Assembly (NCBI GenBank): GCA_976226885.1
Contig: OZ320314.1
Span: 119,040,001-119,104,000 of the forward strand
DNA length: 64,000 bases
Reading direction: 5' to 3'
Source: Iphione sp. A-MEVVRFRX5
Taxonomy: Eukaryota
Shown here: positions 1 through 11,976 of the stretch, one piece after another
Layout: every line of letters begins with the position of its first letter
Position numbering within the stretch: position 1 is the stretch's first letter
Program-made: the position numbers and the translations under genes
Notes under the pieces: generated by a model
The model's input: only the letters and a program-made list of their open reading frames with translations
The model's database searches: none
What the model was told of the DNA's origin: nothing

Positions 1-398
1 GAAAATATAGACAAAAACAAACTTTCTAAACCCATCTATAAATATCACAGTCATTCTCTCTGAACTTCCATCAAGTACATTACAGGTATATACAGTTATG
101 TCCGTGTTCTTAACCACCGGATTGTGACCCAAACTTTGGGCACCGCGTCATTTTAAGTGAACGTCAGAAAGTCAACCTGAAAGTGATTTGATATCAGTCC
201 TTTTCCCCTTGCGATCTATGCAGGCCATTACTAAGTATGGGTCGCCAGGTCTTTTTACTATGACTGCCATCTGGGCCACAGCTCAAAACAGGTTAAGAAA
301 GCGTGACTTCCATATGATTCCCTTTGAATATAAATTAGCACGAAGGCTTGCGGCTCAGTACAATGGTTCTCATGTTTGCCTCTAGGTGGAGTGCGTAC

Positions 399-503
399 CT
401 TTTCGATCTCGGCTTCGCTGTCCCTGGCGAGCCGCTTGTTCTCCGACTTCTGCTCGTCCAGCATGGTCATCGTCTCGTCCGCTTCCCGCCGCGACTTGTT
501 CAT
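399..503 (-). CDS. ODF2: ODF2 exon (MNKSRREADETMTMLDEQKSENKRLARDSEAEIEK)
   Basis: Acceptor cccacag|ATG, donor AAG|gtacgc; 105 nt, phase 0-0. Confidence 0.88.
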
Positions 504-3500
504 CTGTGGGTTGAGAAGAATGGGGGCAGGAGGGCCATGACAATCTCGTCTGTGACAGACATGTGCAGGGTATTCCCCCACTTTAGTACCACTGTTGTAC
601 ACTAGGGTGTCTACCGGAGAGCGGTACAGGTGGCGCCACTGCAGACAGCACACACCCCGTGACCACTTTTCAGTTCAGCAGTATACTACACAGTCAAACA
701 TTAAGACAGGGTGAGGCTGGAAATCGTACTTGGATCAAATTTCACCCGCAAATGTGTGTAATTTACTCATTTAGATAAAGAAATGTGACTGCAGAACCGA
801 GCTGCCACGTGCATAGAAGCTTCATTACAGACTTCCAGCAGTTAGATGCCTGATCGCGACCACACCGAATTGCGACCATACTCGCAAATATGACCACTTA
901 AGCTTGGAACAGAAGTCTTAGTTTCTATATCGACAATTACCAATTTGTGACCGTTCTCACTAGTATGACCACTTGAGCTCGGACTGGAGGGTGTGGTCGC
1001 AAATAGGCGTTCAAAGGTACTCAAAGAGAGTGTCAAGAGGACGAAATAAGAATTACTGGAGAACTTAAGCCTTGGTATTAACAGTTAACTGGGAAAGTTT
1101 TGGAAATGGGTGGCTAACTCAAAATATCTTAAGTGGTCAGGTAAATTTAACCCTGTACGCCAGGTGGGTACAATTCTTATAGAAAGCTGGGGGCAGGTGG
1201 ATAGATTTTAACTATATGTAATCACTACAGACAATAATAATTACACCTTCGTGACAGCACTGAGAGTATCATTTCAGGAAAAAATAGATTGAGAGACTCA
1301 CTGATAAAAACAAATATACCAGGTGATGGAAATTTCGAAATAAATATATCACTTTAGTGCATAAAGTATGCATGTGAAAACATAATTTGAAACTAACATG
1401 CACCATGAATATCATTTAACTGATAATGCGTTTAAAAAGTGGGAAGTGAAGGACATGGAATAGAAAAAGAAGGCATGAAGAATAAAAGCTTGTTTATATT
1501 TTGCTTTGAGCAAATGGCTGAACTATCTGCGAATGAGTCAAAACAAGCGAACATTTTCAACAATACCGAGCTACCATACGCGAAAAAAAAATATCAGTCT
1601 TGGGGAACGGCGTACAATCTAATACCACTGGACTGACACCACAATCACAGTCAGAACACGTTGTAGGAACAACCTAACTTTAAACATTTCATATCTCTAT
1701 GCAAGACAAACATGAGGGCAGTTTTGTTGGAACTAGAAACATGTATGATTGTGGCATTCTACTGTACGTTCCAAAAAAATAATAATAATAATTAATAATA
1801 ACCAAAAAATGGTTAGATCATATTCCCCCCAAAACCGGGTTACTATTTTCTGTTAAAAGCGGGGATTTGAGGTCATAACTTGCTAACATTTCATTCCGAA
1901 ATCACAACACAGCTTTTGAATAACTCTGTTGAATCCAGCATATATGATTGGCATTTCCAGGAATAATACATTTAAGTAATTCATGCTGCCATGTGTTTTT
2001 ATCAAGTTAGCAACATCTCTCTTAAATTATCTACATATATATATTTTTTATTTTCTTAGATTTCCATAAACTATAGTGCGACAGAAGAAGAATTAAGACA
2101 GTCCGAAAAGGCGGGTTTGTTAGTGCATAAAACTTATATTTCATAGTCAATATACAGAGCTATGTACAAAGCTAAACATCTCTTAAGGATTCTCCAACGA
2201 CCAGTACATTAGGTGTGTCTGCCCAGCATCGCAAGCATTTCGTTTCAGTGACAAGCTGTAGTTTTCTTCTTTTTTTAAAAATAATAAGCAGATTACTAGG
2301 CCTTCAGCACAGTATGACAAGACACCAGGCTACACCAGTACGCCGGCTGAGACGTGAGAGGGTGCGGTGAGGGGTGCTGTGGGAGTCAAAAAGAGATCTT
2401 ATCTACTACCTGATAGATCAGTCTAGCAGCGTCAAGCTTCAGAAAGTACTCGAGGTCCGAGGGCGAAAGAGACTTGCCCGGTGGCTGCTGCGTCAGATTA
2501 AATTAGGGACGGAGGACAGAGAGAAAAAAGGTTCACGATTCAAAGTCCCCTTTATAACAACATAATATATGGGAGCCAAACGTGGGAGAAAATCGAAGAA
2601 TTGTACTGGATGGCTCAACAACAGCAGGAGGAGGGGCGGTACACTTGCATGTATTCCAGTTCGGGAACATTTAAACCCCTCAGAAGGATTCTCCCCGTAC
2701 GATATGCAGTAGGAAGCGTATGTATATAACCTGGTAAATTAGGTACGAGATACGTCGCGGGAGGAGGGGGGGCATCAGAGAGGGTTAAAACAAGACCGAT
2801 CAGCCTAACAACAAAGTGGGTTCACATCAATAGTTCCGATGTACAAAGTGGTGGCATTCTTAAAAATATGCTCATGCGCCTAAAAGTTCAAAATTCGAAA
2901 AAGAGTACTTATACGTAGGACTTGCATTAAGGTACTAAGGTGACTTAGGCAGTACCAGGCCATAAATGCGATAAAAGAGGTGGTGGGTTCGAGTGCTTCA
3001 TGCTTATATTTATAAGGAGTCCATCAACTTTATCACAAACAATAGTCAAAGGTCCCAAAATACACGACAGACACACCAAACATTGATCTAGGAGGTGTAC
3101 TGGGGCCCAGAAGACTGAGAAAACTGAAAACGGGGAAGCGGGGGGGGGGGTACAAAATGGAAAGTTACATAAAAAAAATAAATCACTTTTAAAATTCGAA
3201 CAAAAGGAAAACCCCACAGTGTAATATACCGGACACTTCTTGTTTGGACTGTGAATTGATAAATTAGGATGTTTCCGGGTTGGATAAGGTTTGACGTCTC
3301 CATGGGAAGAAAAAAAAAACAACACAAAACCCCAGGGGCCATGTGGGTAGTGAGGGCAACGAAGGCTTACCAATGTCTGACCATTCGACGCCGTGGGGCA
3401 GTCCACCGGACGGCTCGTCTCAGAACGAGGCTAGACGAACACAAGCGACCTGATATGACACCAGCCGGCCCAACAGCCCCCCCCCCCATTCCTCCCTCAA

Positions 3501-6500
3501 CAAGTCCCCACAACACATGGCACATGACACATACACATGATGTGTTACTCCAGGGAATGCTAATGTTACAGAAGGAAGCGACTGACCTATCGCCGACTTA
3601 TGTCGTGAGTATACACACACACACCAATGAAATACAGTGGTCCCCCTTAACTGACAACCTCATAACTGACAATATTGCTTATTAGACAGTGTTTCCAGAA
3701 ACCAAATGTGAAAAATCAATTGAATATGTTTCCAAATCCAACAAATCTCATATATCCGAAACAATTTTCAGGAACCAAAAATGTTGGATAAGAGGGGACC
3801 AATGTAACACACTTATGTCGTGAGTATACACACACCAATGAAATGCTTTTTTTTTTTTTTCCAACAAACCATGTGAATGGTGTAGATCACCTATGACTGT
3901 GTTTGTCACATAAGTTGGCGAATGGTCAATCTGGGAGTTTTTGTATATGTACAGTTTGTCTTGTGCCTGTGGCTACATTGTAAGATTGTTTTCTCTTCAT
4001 GGAGGAAGATTGTCCCAGTTAAAAACTACTGGGAAAACAGTGGTGTTAGTGAATTTATAATGCGGGAACCAATTCACTCAAAGGCTATACACAGAATAAG
4101 GTCAACAAAGTCTTATGCTAAATAGAGGCAAACATGCAAATATAGCTTGCTAATAAATAAATCAAAACGACTTCCTACGGCTACTATTTACCTTAAATAC
4201 AAAATTCATAAGAAAAAAAAAGAGAAATGAGACACTAATGGACAAGCAATATATCAAGAATTAAAATTCTTATATTCAGAAGATTAAAGATAACTTTCCT
4301 GTAACTCAGGAATTAAAAAAAAAATTCCTGTAACTCAGGAGGTGTCTGTTTGGAAGTGCTGCCAACTGCTAATCGCCAGGTCAAACATCTGCTGCTGTTA
4401 GCAGCTGCTGAAAATCCTCATTAGCCTAACTACTAGCAGCCAGGTGAAACATCTGCTGCTGTTAGCAGCTGCTGAAAATCCTTATTAGCCTAAATACTAA
4501 CAGCCAGGTCAAACATCTGCTGCTGTTAGAAGCAGCTTGTACCTGTGCCCTGTATTCATTGATGAATGTCTCATACTGCCATGGATCTGCCCTCATCTGA
4601 GCTATCTCGCTATTGATCAGTCTGTGACTGGTAGGAGGGGATCATGGTAGAAGAGCAGCTCTTTGACCTCAGCCCTGTATTAATTGATGAGTACCTTGTT
4701 CTGCCGTTGACTTCCCTCAGCTTAGCTATCTTACTATTGACCAGTCTGTGACTGGTAGGAGGGGATCATGGTAGAAGAGCAACTCTTTGACCTCAGCCCT
4801 GTATTAATTGATAAGTACCTTGTTCTGCTGTCAACTTGCCCTCAGCTTAGCTATCTCACTACTGACTAGTCTGTGACTGGTAAGAAGGGACCATACTACA
4901 AGAGTAGTTTGTACCTGAGCCCTGTATTATCGATGAGTATCTCACACTGCTGCCGATTTGCCCTCAGCTGAGCTACCTCGCTACTGACCAGTCTGTGACT
5001 GGTAGGAGGGGATCATAGTACAAGAGCAGCTCTTACCTGTGCCCTGTATTCATCGATGAGTGTCTCGTACTGTCGCAGATTTGCCCTCAGCTGAGCTATC
5101 TCGCTATCCCCATGTGCCAGCTTGTCCTCAATCGTCATAAGTGAGGTCTGCAAGCAATGCGTAAAGTGATCAATGAATGGAAGGGAATGGTGACGAGGAC
5201 AGCATTCCACCTCGTATAGTTAACCCTTACTTAACGACCACTTTTTATCAAACGTGTCTTCCTTTTAAATGTTTACATACGTATGTATAAAAATAAATAT
5301 TTCTCAATCAATATCAAGCCAAAAAACAACAAAGTGTCAATGCTATAATGGTGTGTCTCTGTTACCAAAGTTTGCCCATGACAAAGTAGTGTTTAGGAGC
5401 ACGCCTACATCATTAACAGAGGCAAACAGACTGTGCTAGTGTCTTGGGTACGTACCTTTAGCCTCTCGTTCTCCAGTTTGAGTGTGGAGGCCTCCGTGGT
5501 CTTGGCATGCAGGCGGGCGGTGGCCGTCTCAACTTGCGTTTTGGAGCTGTCCTCCATCGTCAGCATGATGTTCTCCAGTTCGGTCATTCGCCTATCAACA
5601 ATCATTACTTTGTGTGATGTATGAGTACTTTCTGGCACTATATACAGAACTTCACACGTGTTTGTAATTACATCTTTGGCAACCTCATACAAGGTTTTAT
5701 GTAAGCTCTATATGCATAGGAATCCTTTAGTAATTTATCCAATACATCCACGTAACACCATGTCCATATACACATACATATGTGTACATATAGCTGGCAT
5801 AATTATCAATAAAAAGTAAAGTTTTCATTCTTCCCAGTTAAAAAAAAGTAGTATCAAGTTGAACCTGAGACAAAACATTTCATGCATTTGAACAGAGAAA
5901 ACATACGTAACAGCCAGTCATGAACCATTAAGAGAATAAATAAAAATTCACAAAGTCTTAATTTTAAGTGGTGCTTAAATAATACGGTGTTGGAAGCATA
6001 CATGGTGGCGTCGGGAAGCGGGTGTGCCAGTTGACTTGAGGAAAAACAAACAATAAGATCAAAAATTATGATTTACACTAGCCAGAATAACTAATATCAC
6101 TGCGGTTTCCTTCGCTAACACAAGAAAACCTGTCTTGAGATCAAGAGATTACCCCATACCTATGAGCTGCGGTGGCTCTAAAAGGCTGCTGTGTGTTTCA
6201 ATAGTCCTGCCAAATCACTCGGGAAAAAATCTATCCTTCGTTTAAAAGCAACAAAAAAAATCATCCTGACTGTACTCATTCAAAATATTTCTCAGTCTAT
6301 ATGCTCTTCCTGGCATGAGCCTAGAACCACACGACAATAACGTTCACTTAAGAAGCGAAAAACACACACACGCAATGAAGAGTCTCTCTACGTTTAACTG
6401 ATCCCCGCAGATAACCTTTAACTATGACCAAAAGGGAGGGAAAAAACCGTCCGAGAACCCAAGGCCCAAAGATCTTCCTTTATATGGGATATGCAAGGCC

Positions 6501-9500
6501 CCTTTCCGGATACCGTACAAAAAATGCGTGCGATTTGTGAGTTTCTCCCCTTGATGTACTTTCCATGTGGACTGCTACGCTCCCTGGAAGCCTCAAACGG
6601 CGGGAAACACTAAAAAAAAAAAAAAAAAATGCTGATCTCGGGGGGGGGGGGGGGCAGCCCCAGCTTACGTTTTGAGGGCGGCGTTCTCGGCCTGGAACTG
6701 GGCCCTCTCCTTGCTGAGCTTGTCGTACTGCGAGCGGCTGCCGTCCAGGTCGGCCCGTAGCTCGGCGATGTGCGAGTCGCGCTCCAGGAGCTGGGCGTTG
6801 AGCTGCTCCACCGCGTCTTCGCTACGAGCGGCTCGCTGCTTCTGCACCCTGGTGTACACGGGAGGAGGTGGTCAAGGCCCGGGAGGCGGGAGGAGTGGTT
6901 TGGTTAAGAGGGGAGGGTTAAGGTAAAAGAATAAACTGATCACCCGATGACGTCATAATGACGCAGACAGGCCTCGTTTTGACATGCGGCTACGACTGAA
7001 CAATAGAATGTCGCCACTGGTAAAGCGTAAAACACACCATTACTACCCGTTGTACTGATTGTTGTAGCGCCATTTTGACACTGTTTATATACATGATGTT
7101 GCTTGTGCGATCAGTCAATTAGCCGACTGCCAGAAACCGTTACTACAGACTGCGTTTAACTATTTGTGATGTCACAATTGAGAATCCAGCAATCAGACTG
7201 TTCTATGTTCAGACACTGCCTTAAAAAAGGTAAAGATAAGTGGAGTAACGGTGTTCTCATTCACCCAGCAATCCCCTCACTGCTGACTGATGAAGCTGAG
7301 TCATCTTAAATATCCCCCTCTACCCCATCCCCCACTCGTTCCAAGATGAGTACATTTCGCAGCATATTAGGTTGGACTGCGACAAAATGGCTGAGACAAG
7401 GCATAGGAGCTATCCCTCAACAGTTATAACCAACCCCCCCCCCCCTCAGTAAAATAGACACATACAACATATCTAAGAAAAATAATATCGTAACAAAAAT
7501 AGTTATACTGGTACATGCGACAGAATACGACGAAAGGACATCTGCACTTTGTGGGCAAAAGAAATGGCTGGGCATATACACAGGTGTGCGGCTGGGGACA
7601 AGATGACACGGGCTCATAACATGGGCTCATTAACACAGGCTCATCTTTGTTTTCATGCAACATTGCTACAGTCGAACCTCGCCATCCGGAGACCCCGGTT
7701 ATCTGGACAACTGTGTTAACCGGACTCTATTTTAGTAACGGATGTATCTTATTTAATGGTTTTCTGTTTCGTTAACCGGGATATCTGGTATCCGGATATT
7801 TTTTTGGGGGGGGGGGGGGGCAAGGGGTGTCCGGTTAACGAGGTTCGACTGATACATGTAGATGGAGATGAAGGTGTGTGACTAGTATGGGAAGAAGCCC
7901 TTGACATCACTTACCTTGTGGCTTTCTTTAAGGCCTCCTTGTCACGGTCGGACTTTTCCTTGGCCTGAGACAGAAGTCCCGACAGGTGATCCACTTCAAT
8001 CTTCTCCTGCGCCAGCTGAGATTCGAGTGTCTACACAGCGGTGAAGCGAAACAGGAAAAAACCAACAAGTGTTACTCTATAATGATGAACTCTTCATTCC
8101 TGAAGATGGTGTTAACGGTGTCCAACGTTGTGAGGTGCTAACGAAAACACAGGTGGAAACAGCTTGTGCAAGAGATGAGATAATTTCGAAATTGACCAAT
8201 CGCCACATCACTTAAGAACGTCCAAAAATGACACTACAGCCGTTTATACATGCAATGGGAGAATGTACCTTATGTTTTCTGTTATGATGTAATTTGACAA
8301 TCTGCTGCAAGCATGACGTAACAGTAATAATATCTGCATTATTACGGCCATCGAAAAGGCGATTGACAGTTCCAATTATTAACGAAAATACATGACACTT
8401 CACAGGTGAGCCACTCATTTCAAGAGTGAAAATCAACATCTGGTTACACGCAAGAGTAGGTTGATCAGAGTCAAATATACATCTAAGATGGCGAGGCTGA
8501 TGAGAGTGAGGGTGGAGGAGGGAAGTCGGTAAAGTCTCCACTCACCCTGACTTGCACAGCTAACCGGTTACAGTCAGACATGTCTATCTAAGATGGCGAG
8601 GCTGATGAGAGTGAGGAGGGAACAGGGAAGTCGGTAAAGTCTTTACTCACCCTGACTTGCACAGCTAACCCGTTACAGACATACATGTCTATCTAAGATG
8701 GCGAGGCCGATGAGAGTGAGGAGGGAACAGGGAAGTCGGTAAAGTCTCCACTCACCCTGACTTGCACAGCTAACCGGTTACAGTCAGACATGTCTATCTA
8801 AGATGGCAAGGCTGATGAGAGTGAGGATGGAACAGGGAGGTCAGTAAAGTCTCTACTCACCCTGACTTGCACAGCTAACCGGTTACAGTCATACATGTCT
8901 ACCTAAGATGGCGAGACTGATGAGAGTGAGGCGGGAGCAGGGAAGTAGGTAAAGTCTCCACTCACCCTGACTTGCACAGCTAACTGGTTCCACTCATACA
9001 TGTACATCTAAGATGGCGAGGCTCATGAGAGTGAGGCGGGAGCAGGGAAGTCGGTAAAGTCTCTACTCACCCTGACTTGCACAGCTAACCGGTTACAGTC
9101 GCCCTCTTTTTGACGGAGCTGCTTCTGGAGATGCCCCCTGGTGTTCTCCAGGGAAGCCTGCAGGTTCGCTAAGGCCATGTTCTCCTCCTGTTGTTGAGCA
9201 CGAAATAAACCAGAGATCGGAAAATTACAAAGAGCATGGAGTTTGCACACTTAGAAATAAATCCAAGTACAGATGCTATTCTGTTAAAAAGTGAAGGCGT
9301 TCTTGTTTTCATTTCGTTGTGAGAAACATAGTTATGAACGGCACATCATTTTAGCATAAATTTTGTGCTCTTTTTGCATTTAAGGTATTAACAAATCAGA
9401 TTTCCCATTATGTTTATGTATGTCCCTTACTAATTCAGTTAATTAAAGAATACATGTAGATAGTGGCTTCAGGCCACAAAGTTCCTTGAATTAACCATCT

Positions 9501-11924
9501 TTGTTAAAAAAATAGCTTCTCTACCAGAAGCTTCGTTAAAGAGCGCTATACCTGTATGATTAGGAAATCTGCAGAATCACCTATTATCATCCAGGTAACT
9601 GAATATCTAGATGAGTTCCGTTATCTGTTTGGGTGATAATTGCTATCATAACCAAATCAATAAAAGAGAAAATTTACCTGAGTACATCGCAATGTCAGGC
9701 CATGGAATATTCTTTACAACTGTTAAAGAATACGGTATTTCTCACTGGAAATGTCGGGCTGGGGATACAAATTTTAACAGTGTAGGAGATATTGATTTGT
9801 CTTACCTTCTGTGAGTCCATCTGTACGCGATAATCTGTCAGGGCTCGGTCCTTGTCGAGTATTCCTGATCGCAGGCGCTGGTGGGTGAGAGGGAAGGGTA
9901 AATGTTTCACAACCGACAATCTGACAATACGTCGTCTCAGAAAAAAAAGGTCAACTGAGGCCTAGGTATTCAGATATGAACGTGCGCTCAATTATGAGCA
10001 TATAAGGGAGATGCACACAGCTTTTCAAATGTTAATGATTAAATGCAAAAATGTGCAAAGCAAAATAACTGATCTTACTGCAGATGCATTCTCGACACAG
10101 CACACGACAGCAACCATGGGTCTTTCTAATCCTTAGAAAATTCTTNNNNNNNNNNNNNNNNNNNNNNNNNNNNNNNNNNNNNNNNNNNNNNNNNNNNNNN
10201 NNNNNNNNNNNNNNNNNNNNNNNNNNNNNNNNNNNNNNNNNNNNNNNNNNNNNNNNNNNNNNNNNNNNNNNNNNNNNNNNNNNNNNNNNNNNNNNNNNNN
10301 NNNNNNNNNNNNNNNNNNNNNNNNNNNNNNNNNNNNNNNNNNNNNNNNNNNNNNNNNNNNNNNNNNNNNNNNNNNNNNNNNNNNNNGGTTGTCCTCCGTC
10401 TCGGAGAGCTTCTTGAGCAGGAGGTCGCGCTGCTCGGCCAGACACAGGTTCTCCGCCTCCTGCTCATGCCGGTCCCGCAGCATCTTACGCAGCATGCGGT
10501 TACTGCTCTCAAAGTCGTTCAGTCGCTCGAGCAAGAGGTCCTTCTGCTTGGTGAGGATGGTCGAGTCCGACGAACCTGACCGCTTGTCCTGTGGGAAAGA
10601 TCACGCATACGGAAAGTGAGACTGCGAAGCTTTGCGGCAGAGATTGTCAAAAAAAAACAAACCACACAACAGAGTATGTACTTTATTTAAATTGATAAAC
10701 CAAAGAAGTCAAATATGGTCTTTAGTGTTCGGAATATCATATTTACTCTGGCTGTAGCATACATTTCCCTTAGATAATTTCGTTAACCTTTGAATAATGA
10801 TAATGGTGAGGAGGAATGTACGTGTACATGTATTTGTATACTCAACCACACACTTCTCGATGTAGGTAATGGTAAATAAATCTAACGCTCCCTTAGAACA
10901 TCATCTCTGTGACTGAACAAATCTAGCCTCTGTAGTGGTCTGGTCTCCTAATTGAATTTTTCCTGTAGAGAACCGTATTTGGTAGTATTTAAATGTGGCC
11001 CCTTGTTGCAGCCTGGTCTTCCCTGCAAGTGCCAGCTGCAAGTTACAGAGCCCTTCTGCAACACTCAGGTGTCCTGTATGTGTGAGTGTGCGTGAATTGT
11101 ATGCGTGCGTGTGCGTGAATCCCCGCCCCCCTCACTCATCTCTACGTATATGTGCTAGATAACCTCGCACGTGACTATCTGCGCGGGACCTTATGAATAT
11201 TTAAATGGGAATCTACATCTGAAATCTGAGACTGACCTCCCTGAAGCGGCCTGTGAGGTCCCTGAGTGCGGCGGCTTGTTTGGCGGCCGCCTGCCCGTCC
11301 ATCTCCACCTCCACCAGCTTCTTCATGAGCTGCTCACGATCCTGACTGAAGTCAGACCTGCAATACATATACAAGAGGTGTTCCTCAGTAAGTCAATGAT
11401 GTGAATTCTAAGAACCAACCATATTGCACAAGTAAATGCTTCGCCCGTCCGTCTCCACTTCCACCAGCTTCTTTCAGACCTGTTTCAGTGACAAGACCAA
11501 CAACAATGATTCACGTAGTGAAACATACTGGTTTAATGTTCACAGTTACCGTTAATGTTAAACTTGAGTCAATCACCAAGCACGGTTATGATTGGATTAC
11601 AGAACAGACCATTAACAGACGATCTTATTCACGTTTCATGACAGCAGCCTTAGGCGGGACATCTAATACGATGAAGGCGTGTGACAGCACCTTCACCAGG
11701 TGGTGACAGTAATACGATGAAGGCGTGTGACAGCACCGTCACTGGCTAGTGACAGTAGTGCACGCAGCATGGACGTAACATGATCTCCCTCATATTGATC
11801 GGGTTCTGACATGCTAAAGGAGTGTAATGTGAGCCTTTCTCCTCCACTCTCAAGGCACGCGTATGGGTGCATGTCTGCCTCTGAGTGAGAGCGTGAGTGA
11901 GTGAGTGAGTGAGTGAGTGAGTGA

Positions 11925-11976
<52 letters not shown>

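Noticed and set aside
8480-9100. CRISPR-like interpretation of the regular arrays
   Set aside because: The whole unit repeats with no unique spacers, the context is a eukaryotic intron, and there are no cas genes.
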